From: a virus
Taxonomy: Duplodnaviria > Heunggongvirae > Uroviricota > Caudoviricetes
Length of the DNA stretch: 39,572 nucleotides
Reading direction: 5' to 3' (one strand)
Virus record (IMG/VR): IMGVR_UViG_2531839178_000021
Location: 1 to 39,572 of that record
Below, piece after piece: positions 38,040 through 39,572 of the stretch. The notes beneath the pieces were generated by a model. That model was not told the DNA's origin, did not search any database, and worked only from the letters and a program-made list of their open reading frames with translations. Position 1 is the first letter of the stretch. The number at the start of each line of letters is the position of its first letter. The translations under genes were made by a program, and so were the position numbers.

Positions 38040-38066
38040 AAAAAATAAGCCCGTGTAAGGGAGATT
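38040..38066. other. attR: attR: 27-bp P2-type attachment core at the prophage/host junction
   Basis: AAAAAATAAGCCCGTGTAAGGGAGATT matches the recalled P2 att core; lies between ogr and the host gene. Confidence 0.7.
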
Positions 38067-38210
38067 ACACAGGCTAAGGAGGTGGTTCCTGGTACAGCTA
38101 GCATTTTATGGGTTATGTTTTTCAGCGAAACGGATGATAACCTTAATAAATGCAGCTGTATGTGATCGGTTTCTAAGAATTTTCCATCCGGGAAAAATAA
38201 TCGAAATTAA

Positions 38211-39572
38211 TCACTTACCGTGGGGGTTACGCGTGGTTTCCCCGGAGAAATTACGCATTAGCAGCGCGTAATTTAGCTCAAGATCCTGCGGGACCGGGAG
38301 CCACACAGTATAACCATCGCCTGGTGCGACCGGCATAGCTTCGCCTTTGGCGTTTTCCATGTGCTCAAGGGTAAAGTTAATGTTGCCTTGCGGCGTCATC
38401 AGCTCAAGACTGTCGCCAACGGAGAATTTATTTTTCACCGCTACCGCTGCGAGGTCCCCCTTGCGCTCACCGGTAAACTCACCAACAAACTGCTGGCGGT
38501 CAGAAACTGAATAACCGTATTCGTAGTTCTGATAATCGTCGTGAGTATGACGACGCAGGAAACCTTCGGTATAGCCACGATGCGCCAGACCTTCCAGAGT
38601 TTCCAGCAGGCTGGTATCGAACGGTTTTCCCGCAGCGGCGTCATCGATAGCTTTGCGGTAAACCTGTGCGGTGCGTGCGCAATAGTAGAAAGATTTGGTA
38701 CGACCTTCGATTTTCAGCGAATGCACGCCCATTTTGGTCAGGCGTTCTACATGGGCGATGGCGCGCAGATCTTTCGAGTTCATGATGTAAGTGCCGTGCT
38801 CATCTTCAAACGCGGTCATATACTCGCCCGGACGCTGGGCCTCTTCGATCATAAACACTTTGTCGGTTGGCGCGCCGATACCCAGCGTCGGCTCAACATT
38901 TTGCACCGGAATCGGCTCGTACTTGTGTACGATGTTGCCAACGTCATCTTCTTTCCCTTCCTGGACGTTGTACTCCCAGCGGCAGGCGTTGGTGCAGGTA
39001 CCCTGGTTCGGATCGCGCTTGTTGATATAGCCAGAGAGCAGGCAGCGACCGGAGTAGGCCATGCACAGTGCGCCGTGAACGAAGATCTCGATCTCCATAT
39101 CCGGCACCTGATTGCGGATCTCTTCAATCTCTTCAAGCGACAGCTCGCGAGAGAGGATCACGCGGGTCAGGCCCATTTGCTGCCAGAATTTCACCGTCGC
39201 CCAGTTTACGGCGTTAGCCTGCACCGAGAGGTGGATCGGCATTTCAGGGAAGTGCTCACGCACCAGCATAATCAGCCCTGGATCGGACATAATCAGCGCA
39301 TCCGGCCCCATTTCCACCACCGGTTTCAGGTCACGGATAAAGGTTTTCAGCTTGGCGTTGTGCGGTGCAATGTTGACCACGACATAAAACTTTTTCCCCA
39401 GCGCGTGGGCTTCATTGATGCCGAGCTGAAGATTTTCGTGGTTGAATTCGTTGTTGCGCACACGTAGGGAGTAACGCGGCTGGCCCGCATAAACAGCATC
39501 TGCGCCATAAGCGAAAGCGTAACGCATATTTTTCAGCGTTCCCGCCGGGGAAAGGAGTTCCGGTTTAAACAT
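38211..39572 (-). CDS. yegQ: Host peptidase U32-family protein (YegQ-like), complete 453 aa
   Basis: MFKPELLSPAGTLKNMRYAFAYGADAVYAGQPRYSLRVRNNEFNHENLQLGINEAH; start codon at the window end. Confidence 0.8.
   Translation of the reverse strand: MFKPELLSPAGTLKNMRYAFAYGADAVYAGQPRYSLRVRNNEFNHENLQLGINEAHALGKKFYVVVNIAPHNAKLKTFIRDLKPVVEMGPDALIMSDPGLIMLVREHFPEMPIHLSVQANAVNWATVKFWQQMGLTRVILSRELSLEEIEEIRNQVPDMEIEIFVHGALCMAYSGRCLLSGYINKRDPNQGTCTNACRWEYNVQEGKEDDVGNIVHKYEPIPVQNVEPTLGIGAPTDKVFMIEEAQRPGEYMTAFEDEHGTYIMNSKDLRAIAHVERLTKMGVHSLKIEGRTKSFYYCARTAQVYRKAIDDAAAGKPFDTSLLETLEGLAHRGYTEGFLRRHTHDDYQNYEYGYSVSDRQQFVGEFTGERKGDLAAVAVKNKFSVGDSLELMTPQGNINFTLEHMENAKGEAMPVAPGDGYTVWLPVPQDLELNYALLMRNFSGETTRNPHGK

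Overview
The window is almost entirely a P2-family prophage of an Escherichia/Shigella-type host, laid out in prophage order: int (cut by an IS630 end at bp 1-17) - C - cox - B - small early ORFs - A - cargo locus - cos - Q P O N - lysis cassette - R S - cargo - V W J I H G - cargo at the Z/fun position - FI FII E/E' T U D ogr - attR core (38040-38066) - host yegQ-like gene. The prophage is heavily decayed. It carries IS630 twice (one is only the terminal repeat at the window start), IS4 inside capsid gene N, two inverted copies of a ~916-bp IS5-family element inside B and tail-fibre gene H, and an IS10-like element in the G-FI region. A has an in-frame TAG, the M-L-X block is missing, and at least eight 1-nt deletion-type frame breaks sit at homopolymer runs (Q, P, S, FII, cargo genes, IS copy 2); these may be sequencing artefacts rather than real pseudogenes. 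Three low-GC cargo loci occupy positions that vary among P2-like phages (A-cos, S-V, G-FI) and are the best candidates for an undescribed anti-phage system. The strongest is the A-cos locus (6654-8600), which probably encodes one ~600-aa protein with a C-terminal R-x4-H (HEPN-like) motif. Gene names, protein lengths, and the cos and att core sequences are recalled from P2 biology, not searched; GC content is judged by eye.
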